From a bacterium (GTDB lineage Bacteria > Patescibacteriota > Minisyncoccia > Minisyncoccales > CG1-02-41-26): DNA of 64,000 nt. The position numbers were made by a program, and so were the translations under genes. Where the stretch lies: contig JAUXAO010000001.1 in the NCBI GenBank assembly GCA_030619905.1, positions 48,348-112,347 of the forward strand, read 5' to 3'. The notes below the pieces were generated by a model, which was not told the DNA's origin, searched no databases, and saw nothing but the letters and a program-made list of their open reading frames with translations. Below, one piece after another: positions 54,788 to 64,000 of the stretch (position 1 is its first letter; the number at the start of each line of letters is the position of its first letter).

Positions 54788-56214
54788 TTCTTAAGCACCT
54801 TTAAACTCTTGGGTTCTTCGAATTTCTGGAATAGATAATCTAAGATACCTCTGTTTACCTGACAGCGAAAATTATTTGGAGTCTGGGAAAAAATGTTATC
54901 ACCTTCAGAATAATTAAAGACAGGACAAACTCCACAATAAGGAAGGTAAACGCACTCGCTGCATCCGCTAAGCCCTTCTAATGTGGAAGCAAGACATAAA
55001 GATTTAGTTACTGGTGAAGAAATAATTTCCTCATAACTATTTTTGTAGACATTACCAATTTTAAATGTCTCATCACCCATCTGACCGAGCATTCTTCCCT
55101 CATCGCACGTGTAAATGTCTCCGTTATAATGATAAGCTATCTGGCCGATACCTGCTCCACAAGGGGAGCGAAGATCTAAAAAATTAGGATCATTATCAGT
55201 AAATACTTTTTGAATAATTATAGCTGCTGTTCTTTCTCTAATCCTTACTCCTTTGATATTTAATTTTATAATATAGTCTAACGCCTTCTTGTAAAATTCA
55301 AGAAATTCCTCTGCTGTATATCCTATCACCTTTTGAAGACTCTTGGCCATTCCAAAAGGATTAAGGGGTCTTAGATGAATATCTCTCGCGCCTAATTTCA
55401 CATATTCATCGACAATCTCTTTCCAGAAAGGAAGAGAATATCGGGTTGTGGTTACTAAAGCGTTTACTCGATATCCCAAACCCCTATATTTATCTTTTAC
55501 CTTTTTAATTCTTTGTAATGTAATAGAATGACCATTCTTTTTATTAATCATTGGCCTATTCTTATTATGAAGCTTTTCTGGTCCGTCCAAGGAACTGCAC
55601 ATAGAAATCTTTTTGTTATAGAGCCAATTTAATTTCTTGTCATCCAAGAGTGTCAGGGTGGAAACTAAACTAAACCTTAATTTTTTCTTTGCTTTCTTAT
55701 TTTTCTCAAGCGCATAATCTACAATAAATTTAACTATCTCAAAATTTGCCAATGGTTCTCCTCCCTGAAATTCAATAATAATCTCAGAGGAAGTAGTTTG
55801 GAAAATCATATCTACTACCTTTTTGGCCGTCTTTTTCGTCATATCTAAATCTTTCCTAGCCATACTTTTCGAGGAAGCATGACAATATATACAAGCATGG
55901 TCGCAACGAAGAGTAATAACAATAATATGCAAACTTGGTCCTTGGGTTAAATATTTATGACGCTGAGCATATATTTGAGTCATCTGCATCTGACAATTTT
56001 GACAATTCCACGATTCAGAAGTAAAATGTTTTTTATCTAATTCCTTGTAGATAATACTGTTTCTTTTCAATTTACCTTGCGTGAAATCTTTAAATTCCTT
56101 TTCCTTAAGGAATCTAAAATCACCAAGATCATTGGTTAAAAGATATTTATTTCCTAATTTCCTAAAGCGAAGAAGTCCTGTTGAATTAATTTTTGATTTA
56201 TTATGATTATGCAT
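54769..56214 (-). CDS. radical SAM/SPASM protein with an N-terminal extension (about 100 aa) (HxsB-like candidate)
   Basis: CDHACIYC; GGEPL; SPASM (CGAGIGQIAYHYNGDIYTC ... CSECVYLPYCGVC). Adjacent to the HxsD-like gene. Confidence 0.8.
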   Translation of the reverse strand: MHNHNKSKINSTGLLRFRKLGNKYLLTNDLGDFRFLKEKEFKDFTQGKLKRNSIIYKELDKKHFTSESWNCQNCQMQMTQIYAQRHKYLTQGPSLHIIVITLRCDHACIYCHASSKSMARKDLDMTKKTAKKVVDMIFQTTSSEIIIEFQGGEPLANFEIVKFIVDYALEKNKKAKKKLRFSLVSTLTLLDDKKLNWLYNKKISMCSSLDGPEKLHNKNRPMINKKNGHSITLQRIKKVKDKYRGLGYRVNALVTTTRYSLPFWKEIVDEYVKLGARDIHLRPLNPFGMAKSLQKVIGYTAEEFLEFYKKALDYIIKLNIKGVRIRERTAAIIIQKVFTDNDPNFLDLRSPCGAGIGQIAYHYNGDIYTCDEGRMLGQMGDETFKIGNVYKNSYEEIISSPVTKSLCLASTLEGLSGCSECVYLPYCGVCPVFNYSEGDNIFSQTPNNFRCQVNRGILDYLFQKFEEPKSLKVLKKWTSRR

Positions 56215-56410
56215 TTTTAATTAATCCTAAAACATAATTACAAAATTCTTCTTTTATCACATTTCTTGATTCTGGATCTATATTTTTCAAATCAACTTTG
56301 ATATTTTTTTTACCCACTTCTATATCAAAATCAGCCAATCCTTTATAGTCATGGATGGCTTTTTCAATAGATTTCAGATTGTAAAAATTCCTATTGAAGT
56401 TAATAGTCAT
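56207..56410 (-). CDS. 67-aa hypothetical protein between the HxsD-like gene and the rSAM gene
   Basis: Overlaps both neighbours by 4-8 nt (translational coupling); no motifs. Confidence 0.3.
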   Translation of the reverse strand: MTINFNRNFYNLKSIEKAIHDYKGLADFDIEVGKKNIKVDLKNIDPESRNVIKEEFCNYVLGLIKNA

Positions 56411-56844
56411 GATTTTTTCTTCTCTCCATATCTTTCTTCCCAGGGTACAGCAATCCCAAGAGGATCTTCTTCAAATACTTCTTCTACTCCTTTTTCTCTC
56501 GTCTCTTGGGGAGAAAGAGCAGAAAATAAAGCTCTTTCAACAATAGTATCGCGAATCTTTCCTGTATTCTTGGCAATAGACAGTCTTAAAACATAATTCA
56601 GAAGTTCATTCTTAAATTCCCCGACTAATATTTCCAGTTCCTTGGAATTTAATTCCTTTTTTCCTTTTATGGAAACTTTTATTTCTTTTTTAGGATTCCC
56701 ATTTAAAAATAAATAAGCCCGATCAATAAAAACATAACAGGCTCCATAAACAGCTTCTAAAGGATACACGTCAGGATTAAGAGAGATTATAATCTCATTC
56801 TTTTTTTTAGTAATTTTTATACTTTTTTTATTTTTTGATTTCAT
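56407..56844 (-). CDS. HxsD-like protein (His-Xaa-Ser system accessory protein candidate)
   Basis: 145 aa. It contains ELLNYVLRL, resembling the LLNDYxLRE signature after which the HxsD family model is named. Located first in the operon. Confidence 0.45.
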   Translation of the reverse strand: MKSKNKKSIKITKKKNEIIISLNPDVYPLEAVYGACYVFIDRAYLFLNGNPKKEIKVSIKGKKELNSKELEILVGEFKNELLNYVLRLSIAKNTGKIRDTIVERALFSALSPQETREKGVEEVFEEDPLGIAVPWEERYGEKKKS

Positions 56845-57203
56845 TTACTTTTCTGATAATTAACGAATTTACTTATTTTAGTGGCTGTAAATTTACTGAT
56901 CTCATCTATTTTTTCATAGGTTGGTTCTTTGGTACTGATTACTATACAATCTCCTTTTCTAAATCTCGAAAACATTATGAGAGATTCTTTCTTTGTGGCC
57001 ATATCATATAATACAAGTTTAGTTTTTGGGGTAAGTTTAATTGTTTTTTTCATAAAAGGAGCCTTGGCCGTGCTAATTTTTGAAGTATCTGCATTCAAAA
57101 CCAAACTCTTTGGAATTGAGTAGTCAATTTTTAAAATCTTGCCTTCTATTAGATTAGGAGGATATTCTAACTCAGGCTGTATTTGTTTCTTCTTTTTTCG
57201 CAT
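56841..57203 (-). CDS. cluster-specific protein, paralog of 51163..51630 (lacks the TM anchor)
   Basis: Shares the YPPNLIEGK and SKFTATKISKF motifs with 51163..51630. Confidence 0.4.
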   Translation of the reverse strand: MRKKKKQIQPELEYPPNLIEGKILKIDYSIPKSLVLNADTSKISTAKAPFMKKTIKLTPKTKLVLYDMATKKESLIMFSRFRKGDCIVISTKEPTYEKIDEISKFTATKISKFVNYQKSK

Positions 57204-57226
57204 ACTAAATCTTTCTTGTTATATCT

Positions 57227-57811
57227 CTATTTCTTTCCCTTTATGACCTCGTCAATAATGCCGTATTTTTTGGCTTCTTCAGCTGATAAATAAAAGTCCC
57301 GGTCAGTGTCTTTTTCAACTTTTTTTATGGATTGACCAGTATGCTCAGCTAAAATCTGATTAAGTTTTCCTTTTATTTTCAATATCTGTTTGGCTTCAAT
57401 TTCAATTTCCGTGGCTTGACCTTTAATACCCCCAGCTACCTGATGGAGTAAGATCTCTGAGTTAGGCAAAGCAAATCGCTTACCTTTTGTCCCAGCTGCT
57501 AACAAAGTTGCTCCCATTGAAGCAGCCATACCAATACAAATAGTGGATACATCACAATTTATATGCTGGATTGTATCATAAATAGCTAAGCCAGCAGTTA
57601 CTGAACCACCAGGGGTATTAATATAGAGTTTTATATCTTTATTTGAATCTTTGGAAGCTAAAAATAGGATCTGGGCAATAACTAAATTAGCAACATCATC
57701 ACTAATAAGACCAGCTAAAAATATAATTCTTTCCTCTAAGAGACGGGAATATATGTCATAAACCCTCTCTCCTCTTTGTGATTTTTCAACAATTGATGGA
57801 ATTAAAGGCAT
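57227..57811 (-). CDS. clpP: ATP-dependent Clp protease proteolytic subunit
   Basis: Catalytic Ser (GMAASMGA), His (LLHQ) and Asp region; 194 aa. Confidence 0.9.
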   Translation of the reverse strand: MPLIPSIVEKSQRGERVYDIYSRLLEERIIFLAGLISDDVANLVIAQILFLASKDSNKDIKLYINTPGGSVTAGLAIYDTIQHINCDVSTICIGMAASMGATLLAAGTKGKRFALPNSEILLHQVAGGIKGQATEIEIEAKQILKIKGKLNQILAEHTGQSIKKVEKDTDRDFYLSAEEAKKYGIIDEVIKGKK

Positions 57812-57822
57812 ATTTTTATTTA

Positions 57823-59166
57823 TTATTTTAAAAAAGTTTCCAGTTTTTTAAATACTTTCTCATTATATATTACACTTTCAGTATAATCTTTTAACCTATC
57901 AAGGTCAATTTTTTCCTTAGTATTTCCAAGATCAGAATATTTTTTCAAGATTTTATTCGTCTCTTCTTTGATTTCATCCTCAGAAACCATAATATTTTCT
58001 GTTTTCCCAATTTCTCGCAAAACCAAAAAGTTCTTGACTCTTTTTTGGGCGTTTTCTGAAAAAGAATCCTTAATTTCTCCTTCTGTTTTTTTAATCTGAG
58101 TTAGATATTCATCAAAAGATACCTGAAGACCTTGACTAACCCTTTGTTTTAAATCGTCAAGAAGATGAGTTTTCTCAATTTCAACTAAAGATTCGGGTAA
58201 TTCACATTCTGAATCTTGAGCTATCTTTTCTAAAATTTCATTTCTTATCCTCTGACTTTCTTCAAGCTCTTTTTCTTTCTTAACCCCTTGCCTTAAATTT
58301 TCTTTTAATGAATTCAAATTTTCAAATTTCCCAAACTTAAGAGCAAACTCATCATTGATTTCCGGCAATTCCATTTTCTGAACTAATTTCATTTTGACTT
58401 TGAAGGGTATTTTTTTGTCAGCTAGTAATTTATTAGAATAATCCTTTGGAAAAAGAACGCTAAACTCTTTTTCTTCTTCCTTCTTCATCCCTTTTAGATT
58501 TTCTTCAAATCCAGAAACAAATTTTGCCTTGCCTAAAACAAATTTGTCTTTAAAAAGTTTATTGCTTTCAATCTGAGGACTCTGGTATTCAATTTCTACA
58601 AAATCATCGGATCTTGCTTCTCTTTCTAAAGGAGTAAAAACTGCCTTTGATTGTTGAATCCACTTTAACGTATCTTCAACGTCTTTATCTTCAACTAAAA
58701 CCTCCCTTTTTTTGATTTGGGAGGCAATTTTTTTGTAATCAGGAAGATTGACTTTCGGTAAAATGCAAATTTCCGCTTTAAACTCAAAGGGATTTCCCTT
58801 GGCTAATTTTGTAATATTAATTTGAGGCTGAGATGCTACTTCTATCTTCTTTTCTCTAATAATTTGAGAATATTTTTCTTCAATTGCTAAGTTGGCTGCT
58901 TTTTGAAGAATTTTTTCAGTTCCAATTTGTTCCTCCAATACCTCCTGAGGCATCTTCCCAGGCCTGAATCCTTTAACTATTATATCTTTACCTAATATCA
59001 AAGATGCTTTTTTAAAATAGCTTTCAAATTCTTCCCAAGGAACTTCAAATAGAATCTCCATCTTTGATTTCAATAATCTCTTAACCTCAGCCTTCATACC
59101 TTTCAACCGCTTTTTGTATAATTTCTTTAGCTTTATCTGCTTTTTCCCATCCTTTAATCTTGACAA
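57823..59166 (-). CDS. tig: trigger factor (true start probably an internal Met; the track ORF overlaps ppa by 80 nt)
   Basis: Trigger-factor N-domain, PPIase-like middle domain and C-terminal arm; tig-clpP gene order. Confidence 0.8.
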   Translation of the reverse strand: MSRLKDGKKQIKLKKLYKKRLKGMKAEVKRLLKSKMEILFEVPWEEFESYFKKASLILGKDIIVKGFRPGKMPQEVLEEQIGTEKILQKAANLAIEEKYSQIIREKKIEVASQPQINITKLAKGNPFEFKAEICILPKVNLPDYKKIASQIKKREVLVEDKDVEDTLKWIQQSKAVFTPLEREARSDDFVEIEYQSPQIESNKLFKDKFVLGKAKFVSGFEENLKGMKKEEEKEFSVLFPKDYSNKLLADKKIPFKVKMKLVQKMELPEINDEFALKFGKFENLNSLKENLRQGVKKEKELEESQRIRNEILEKIAQDSECELPESLVEIEKTHLLDDLKQRVSQGLQVSFDEYLTQIKKTEGEIKDSFSENAQKRVKNFLVLREIGKTENIMVSEDEIKEETNKILKKYSDLGNTKEKIDLDRLKDYTESVIYNEKVFKKLETFLK

Positions 59167-59617
59167 ATTTATCTTTTTCTAATTTTTTGTAGTCCTCAAA
59201 AAAGACCTTAATTTCTTCTTTTAAATGTTGATTAATATCTTCAATGTCTTTTATGTTTTTAAAATGAGGATCTATTTTCTCTAAAGGCACAGCAACAATT
59301 TTATGATCAATTCCTTTTTCGTCTTCCATTAAAAGGACTCCTACTGGTCTTGCTTTTATTAAACAACCAGAAAAGGTGGGGAATGTTGTCAAAACCAAGA
59401 CATCTAAAGAATCTTCATCCCCTGATAATGTTTGAGGCATAAATCCGTACTCAAAAGGAAAAAAGAGGGGAGAATAAATAACCCTGTCCAGCTCAAAATA
59501 TCCCTCTCCTTCTTTATACTCGTATTTATTCGAACAACCTTTTGGGATATCAATTATTACATTAATCTCTTCTGGCAGATTGTCACCAGGAGAAATATCT
59601 TTATAAAGATTAATCAT
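59087..59617 (-). CDS. ppa: inorganic pyrophosphatase (family I)
   Basis: DIPKGCSNKYEY...DVLVL...DHKIVAV pattern. Confidence 0.8.
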   Translation of the reverse strand: MINLYKDISPGDNLPEEINVIIDIPKGCSNKYEYKEGEGYFELDRVIYSPLFFPFEYGFMPQTLSGDEDSLDVLVLTTFPTFSGCLIKARPVGVLLMEDEKGIDHKIVAVPLEKIDPHFKNIKDIEDINQHLKEEIKVFFEDYKKLEKDKFVKIKGWEKADKAKEIIQKAVERYEG

Positions 59618-59643
59618 AGATTTAAATTTCTAATAAAGCTGAT

Positions 59644-60000
59644 TTAGTTTTGGCACTTTTTACAATAAACTGCCCGAGGGTAAACCTTTAAACGGTCTTC
59701 AGAAATAGGATTCTTGCATTTTTCACATATTCCATATTTGCCTCTTTCAATTTTTTCCAAGGCCCGATTAACTTTTTCTAATTCTATTTCCAGAGTATTT
59801 TCAATAGGTAAAAGATTACTGTATTCTTCCACTTCATCGGCCTCTTCTTCCATCTTGCCACCATCAAATTTCGGATATCTAGTATCCCAATCTCCTTTAG
59901 GTCTTTTATCTTTTTCGGCAAAACTCTTTAATTCTCTTTCTAATTTTTTCTTATTCTCTTCTAATTTATTCTTTAATTTTTTTAATAAATTGTCTTCCAT
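59644..60000 (-). CDS. DksA/TraR-family C4 zinc-finger protein
   Basis: N-terminal coiled-coil and C-terminal CEKCKNPI...CKKCQ. Confidence 0.7.
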   Translation of the reverse strand: MEDNLLKKLKNKLEENKKKLERELKSFAEKDKRPKGDWDTRYPKFDGGKMEEEADEVEEYSNLLPIENTLEIELEKVNRALEKIERGKYGICEKCKNPISEDRLKVYPRAVYCKKCQN

Positions 60001-60009
60001 AATTCAATC

Positions 60010-61992
60010 TTAAAAATACCTATATCGTAATAAATAAATTGCAATACCAATAGCAACAATCAGAAGAAAGATTAATACTCTCATCAAAATTTTCTCCTGA
60101 GAAGACTGCCCTTTGGGGAGGGGACGAAAAACAACTGTTTCCTGAGGCTTTTCAAGAGTAAAAAGAGCTTCCTCCTCTTTAACAGGTTTTCCCTTTGCTG
60201 ATTTCTTTTGTCTATTTTTAATTTTAGCTAAAAACTTTTCTCTTTCTTCTTCCTCTTTTGGAGAAATTCTACCCAACCCTTTTAGAATCTTTTCTTTTGC
60301 AAAAGTCCTTTCTTTTTCCTCTTCTATCTCCCTTAGTCTTGCTATTTCTCTCCTTTTTTCTTCTATTTTTCTCCTTTCTTTTTCCTCTTCTGACTCTTCT
60401 TTTTTAGCCACAGGGGTTTTGGCAGGGATGTCTTTTTTCATTTCTTCTTCCTCAATTACTATTCTCTCTTTTATCTCAGAAATTATATCTTCTTTTTCTT
60501 TTTTAATCGTTGCTTTGTCTTTGGCGACCTTAGCAGGAGCAGGAACCATAACCGGAACCGTCTTTTCTTTCTCTTTTCCTACCTTCTTTTCAGTAGGTTC
60601 AGAAACAGGAGTTATCTCTTTTAATAAAATATCTATCTCTTTTATTGTTGCTTCCAATTTTTCTTTTCCTTCCAAAATCTTTTGATACCTAGAATTGACT
60701 TCTTTTATCTCGTCTATGAGTTTTTCTCTCTTTTTTTCTATAGCCCATCTTTCTCTTTCTATTTTTTCTCTTTTTTCCTCTGCCTCCCATCTTTCTTTTT
60801 CTACCTCTTTTTCTCCTTTTAGAGTCTTGGCTCCTTTCTTTTTTTCTTCAATCAAATCCACTTCTTCCTCAATCTCTTCTTCCCTTTCTAAAATGTTCTC
60901 AAGTAACTGATCTAATTTTTCTTTTTGGCTTTCCATGTCCGCTCTGTCGGCTATTAAAGGCGCCAATTGGAGACGAAATAATCCAACTTCTCTTTTTATC
61001 TTTTCTTTTTCTCTTTCTAATTTTATATTTTCTTGAAAATGCAGAATCTCTTTTTTTCTTTTTTTAAATTCTCTTTCTTCTCTTGATATTTCTTCTAATT
61101 TTAATTCAATGTCTTCAATTTTTTCATTTATCTGCTCGATCTCCCCTGATTTCCCCCATTTCTTTTCCTCTACTTCCCGTCTCTTTTTTTCCAACTGCCA
61201 TCTCTGTCTTTCCACTAAATGTTTTTGTTTTGGGTCAGGAGTTTCTTTCTCCTCTTTTTCAATTTGTCTCCTCTTTTCTTTAATTTCTGTTTCTTCTTTT
61301 AAAATATTTTCAAGTATTTTTTCTAATTCTTTTTTCTCAACTTCAAACTCTGATTTTTGAGCTTCTAAAGGTAACTTTCTTGCCGGAAATTCTTTTAATC
61401 TTCTTTCTAAATCAAGATATTCCTTTCTGAATTTTTCCTCCATTTCTTTTTTCTTTAATGTCGTTTCTTTCTTTTCTCGTGCTTCCTCAATTGCTTTTTG
61501 CCTTATTTCTTCTATTATCTTCTCTTCTTCCTCTCTTCTGCTTTCTCTTTCTCTCTCCTTTGCTTCTTCTGTTTCCTTTTTTATTCTTTCTGCTTCCCTC
61601 TTGGCTTTTTCCTTGATCTCGGCTATCTTTTCTCTTTCCTTTCTCTCTCCTTCTTCCTTCAATTCTCTTTCTTCTTCTTTGGCTCTTCTTCTAATTTCTT
61701 CTATCTTTTTTCTCTCTTTTTCCAATCTTTCCTTTTCTTGTTTTATTTTCTCCTCCTTTTTTCTTTTTTCTATCTCTGTCTTTCCCGTATCTTCAGCTGC
61801 TTTTGCTCTCAACATCTCCGCTAATCTTTTATCTATCTCCTCTTCTATCCCTGCTTCCTCTATTTCCTTCCCTCTCCTCAAAAAATGAAGATCGCCTTTC
61901 ATAGTTAAAATTACTCCCTGCTCTAAAATTTCAGGAATTGACTTTTTAAAAAATGGTGATTGTTGTTTTGTTTCTTTTAATTTTTCCTCCAT
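60010..61992 (-). CDS. 660-aa E/K/R-rich coiled-coil protein with a C-terminal TM anchor
   Basis: More than half the residues are charged (KEEE/EKER repeats). The terminal segment ILMRVLIFLLIVAIGIAIYLL is hydrophobic. Confidence 0.5.
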   Translation of the reverse strand: MEEKLKETKQQSPFFKKSIPEILEQGVILTMKGDLHFLRRGKEIEEAGIEEEIDKRLAEMLRAKAAEDTGKTEIEKRKKEEKIKQEKERLEKERKKIEEIRRRAKEEERELKEEGERKEREKIAEIKEKAKREAERIKKETEEAKERERESRREEEEKIIEEIRQKAIEEAREKKETTLKKKEMEEKFRKEYLDLERRLKEFPARKLPLEAQKSEFEVEKKELEKILENILKEETEIKEKRRQIEKEEKETPDPKQKHLVERQRWQLEKKRREVEEKKWGKSGEIEQINEKIEDIELKLEEISREEREFKKRKKEILHFQENIKLEREKEKIKREVGLFRLQLAPLIADRADMESQKEKLDQLLENILEREEEIEEEVDLIEEKKKGAKTLKGEKEVEKERWEAEEKREKIERERWAIEKKREKLIDEIKEVNSRYQKILEGKEKLEATIKEIDILLKEITPVSEPTEKKVGKEKEKTVPVMVPAPAKVAKDKATIKKEKEDIISEIKERIVIEEEEMKKDIPAKTPVAKKEESEEEKERRKIEEKRREIARLREIEEEKERTFAKEKILKGLGRISPKEEEEREKFLAKIKNRQKKSAKGKPVKEEEALFTLEKPQETVVFRPLPKGQSSQEKILMRVLIFLLIVAIGIAIYLLRYRYF

Positions 61993-62016
61993 AAATTTAA
62001 GAAAAATAAAATTAAC

Positions 62017-64000
62017 TTATTTTTTAAAACCTGCCGCTTTGGCTGATAAATTGATTCTTCCCATTTCATCAATGCTTATCACCTTAACCGGAATAACATC
62101 TCCAACCTTTACCACATCAGTAACTTTGTTTACTCTCTCGGAAAGAAACTGGGAAATATGAACCAACCCTTCCTGTCCAGGCAGAACTTCCACAAAAGCG
62201 CCGAAGTCCAGGATCCTTTTTACCTTGCCTTGAAAGGTTTCTCCGATTTTAACTTCTTTGGTAATTCCTTTTACCCAGTCAATTGCTTTTTTAGCTGCTT
62301 CTTCTTTTTCAGCCGTGACAAATACTTTTCCTGAATCTTCAATATCAATAGTCACCCCACAACTATCTATTATTTCATTAATTATTTTACCTCCCGGACC
62401 AATAACATCTCCTATCTTCTCGGGATTAATCTGCAGAATATAGATTTTGGGAGCCCACTCTGAAAGTTGAGACCGTGGTTGAGAAAGTACTTTTCCTGTT
62501 TCAGCTAAAATCTTCAATCTGGCTTTCTTTGCTTTGTCTAAGCCTTCTTTTAATATTCTATCACTAATTCCATCTACTTTCACGTCCATTTGGATAGCCG
62601 TAATACCTATATCTGTTCCAGCCACCTTAAAATCCATACCACCATGACTATCTTCAGCTCCTTGAATATCAGTAAAAAGTTTTTGGTTTCCTTCTGAATC
62701 TTCTACTAAACCTATAGAAATCCCGGCAGCTGGTCTTTTTACTGGAACCCCTGCATCCATTAAGGCTAAACAAGCACCAGAGACCGAAGCCATACTGGTT
62801 GAGCCATTAGAAGAAATAACTTCTGAAACTATTAAAATAGTATATGGAAAATCATCAAAACTCGGGATTAAAGGGAAAAGAGCTTTTTCTGCCAAAACTC
62901 CATGCCCTATTTCTCTTCTTCCCGGACCTCTCATCGGTTTTACCTCTCCTGAAGAATAAGGAGGGAAATTATAATAATGAATAAATCGCTTTTTACCAAC
63001 AATCTCCATTTCATCAATAATCTGCTGATCATGGGGAGAACCCAAGGTTGCCACTGATAAAACATTAGTAAGCCCCCGGGAAAAAAAACCAGAACCGTGG
63101 ACTCTTGGTAAAAGGCCAACTTTTGCTTTAATCTCCCGAATTTCATCTAATTTTCTCCCGTCAGGCCTTTTGTTATTCTTTAAAATATTCTCTCTTAAAC
63201 TTGTTTCAAGATTTTCTTCAAAAAAATGAAGGGTTTGTTCAATTTTTTCTTCGCCAGCTTTAATCTCAGAAGCATATTTTTCTTCTATTTCTTTCAAAAG
63301 ATTTTCTTTTAGTGATTTAATCTCTTTCTCTCTTTTCTGAGCATCCTTCTGATAAAATGCTTTTTCTAATTTGCCAGATAAAAAACTTTCAACCTCCTTT
63401 TCCAAATCAGAATCATAAGATGGGGGAGATAAAACAATTTTCTCTTTACCAATCTTTTGACCAATTTCTTTTTGGAAATCAATCAAATTTTTCAAAAAAG
63501 GTCTGGCAAACTCAAAAGCCTGACAAATTAAATCCTCGCTGAGTTCATTAGCTTGACCTTCAATCATATTTATTAAAAGCTCTCCATTTTTTTCAACTGC
63601 TGCTAAAAGTAAATCTAATTCACCCTCTTCTCTCTCTTCGTAGTTTGGGTTTAGGATAAACTTATCATTTTTTCTTCCAATTCTTACAGCCGATACAGGA
63701 CCTTGCCAAGGGATTTCAGAAATTAACAAACTGAGAGAACTACCTAAAAGGCCTAAAATAGCCGGGTCGTTTTCTTTATCCCAGGAAAGACAAGTAGCAA
63801 CTATTTGAATTTCTCTTTTAAAATCTTTTTGAAATCTAGGTCGGACTGCCCTATCAATTATTCTGGAAATTAAAACAGATCTATCTGAAGGCCGCCCTTC
63901 TCTTTTCATAAAACGCGAACCGCGAATTCTACCAGCCGCATAATATCTTTCTTCATAACGGCAGGTCAAAGGAAAAAAATCAATTCCTTCTTTTTCTTCG
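62017..64000 (-). CDS. pnp: polynucleotide phosphorylase (N-terminus beyond the window edge)
   Basis: Two RNase PH-like domains, a KH domain (GPGGKIINEI) and C-terminal S1 (GETFQGKVKRILDFGAFVE). The frame stays open to the window end. Confidence 0.9.
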   Translation of the reverse strand, partial: EEKEGIDFFPLTCRYEERYYAAGRIRGSRFMKREGRPSDRSVLISRIIDRAVRPRFQKDFKREIQIVATCLSWDKENDPAILGLLGSSLSLLISEIPWQGPVSAVRIGRKNDKFILNPNYEEREEGELDLLLAAVEKNGELLINMIEGQANELSEDLICQAFEFARPFLKNLIDFQKEIGQKIGKEKIVLSPPSYDSDLEKEVESFLSGKLEKAFYQKDAQKREKEIKSLKENLLKEIEEKYASEIKAGEEKIEQTLHFFEENLETSLRENILKNNKRPDGRKLDEIREIKAKVGLLPRVHGSGFFSRGLTNVLSVATLGSPHDQQIIDEMEIVGKKRFIHYYNFPPYSSGEVKPMRGPGRREIGHGVLAEKALFPLIPSFDDFPYTILIVSEVISSNGSTSMASVSGACLALMDAGVPVKRPAAGISIGLVEDSEGNQKLFTDIQGAEDSHGGMDFKVAGTDIGITAIQMDVKVDGISDRILKEGLDKAKKARLKILAETGKVLSQPRSQLSEWAPKIYILQINPEKIGDVIGPGGKIINEIIDSCGVTIDIEDSGKVFVTAEKEEAAKKAIDWVKGITKEVKIGETFQGKVKRILDFGAFVEVLPGQEGLVHISQFLSERVNKVTDVVKVGDVIPVKVISIDEMGRINLSAKAAGFKK

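Noticed and set aside
60419-61888. S/F/L-rich ORFs on the plus strand (60419..60685, 60695..60910, 61083..61360, 61498..61888)
   Set aside because: They mirror the E/K-rich coding repeat on the minus strand and are low-complexity artefacts.

Overview
This window is AT-rich (roughly 30% GC), gene-dense and carries many tRNAs. Several proteins are shortened relative to their usual bacterial length (ValRS 711 aa, IF-2 495 aa), and I infer a Patescibacteria/CPR-like bacterium. Housekeeping genes on both strands include tsaD (partial), valS, gyrA, ftsH, rplS, rbfA, infB, hupB-like HU, rny, clpP, tig, ppa, a dksA-like gene and pnp (partial). I can read 16 tRNA genes in six clusters. Homing-endonuclease-type genes are interleaved with the tRNA clusters: a two-motif LAGLIDADG gene, an HNH gene with zinc-ribbon repeats, and an HTH/LAGLIDADG-like gene. 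A complete type IV pilus locus at 18.9-27.2 kb comprises pilB, pilC, three prepilins, a PilX-like gene and pilM/N/O-like genes, followed on the same strand by a two-component pair (27.25-28.67 kb). The most notable region is a single-strand block of about 25 kb (about 32.1-57.2 kb, all minus strand). It holds 15 radical SAM genes, at least seven of which carry SPASM/twitch-type C-terminal cysteine motifs, grouped into a few paralog families. At its core are two tandem precursor-like genes whose products are almost pure His-Xaa-Ser triplet arrays (about 35 and about 22 consecutive HxS units) behind a shared leader. The block also contains a candidate HxsD-like protein (LLNYVLR motif), an agmatine-deiminase/PAD-superfamily enzyme, a solute-binding-protein fragment, cluster-specific paralogous small proteins, rSAM pseudogene remnants that mark segmental duplication, and a large polytopic membrane protein at the downstream end. 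I read this as a greatly expanded His-Xaa-Ser (Hxs)-type radical SAM peptide-maturation system. tRNA coordinates are hand-counted and may be off by 1-2 nt.
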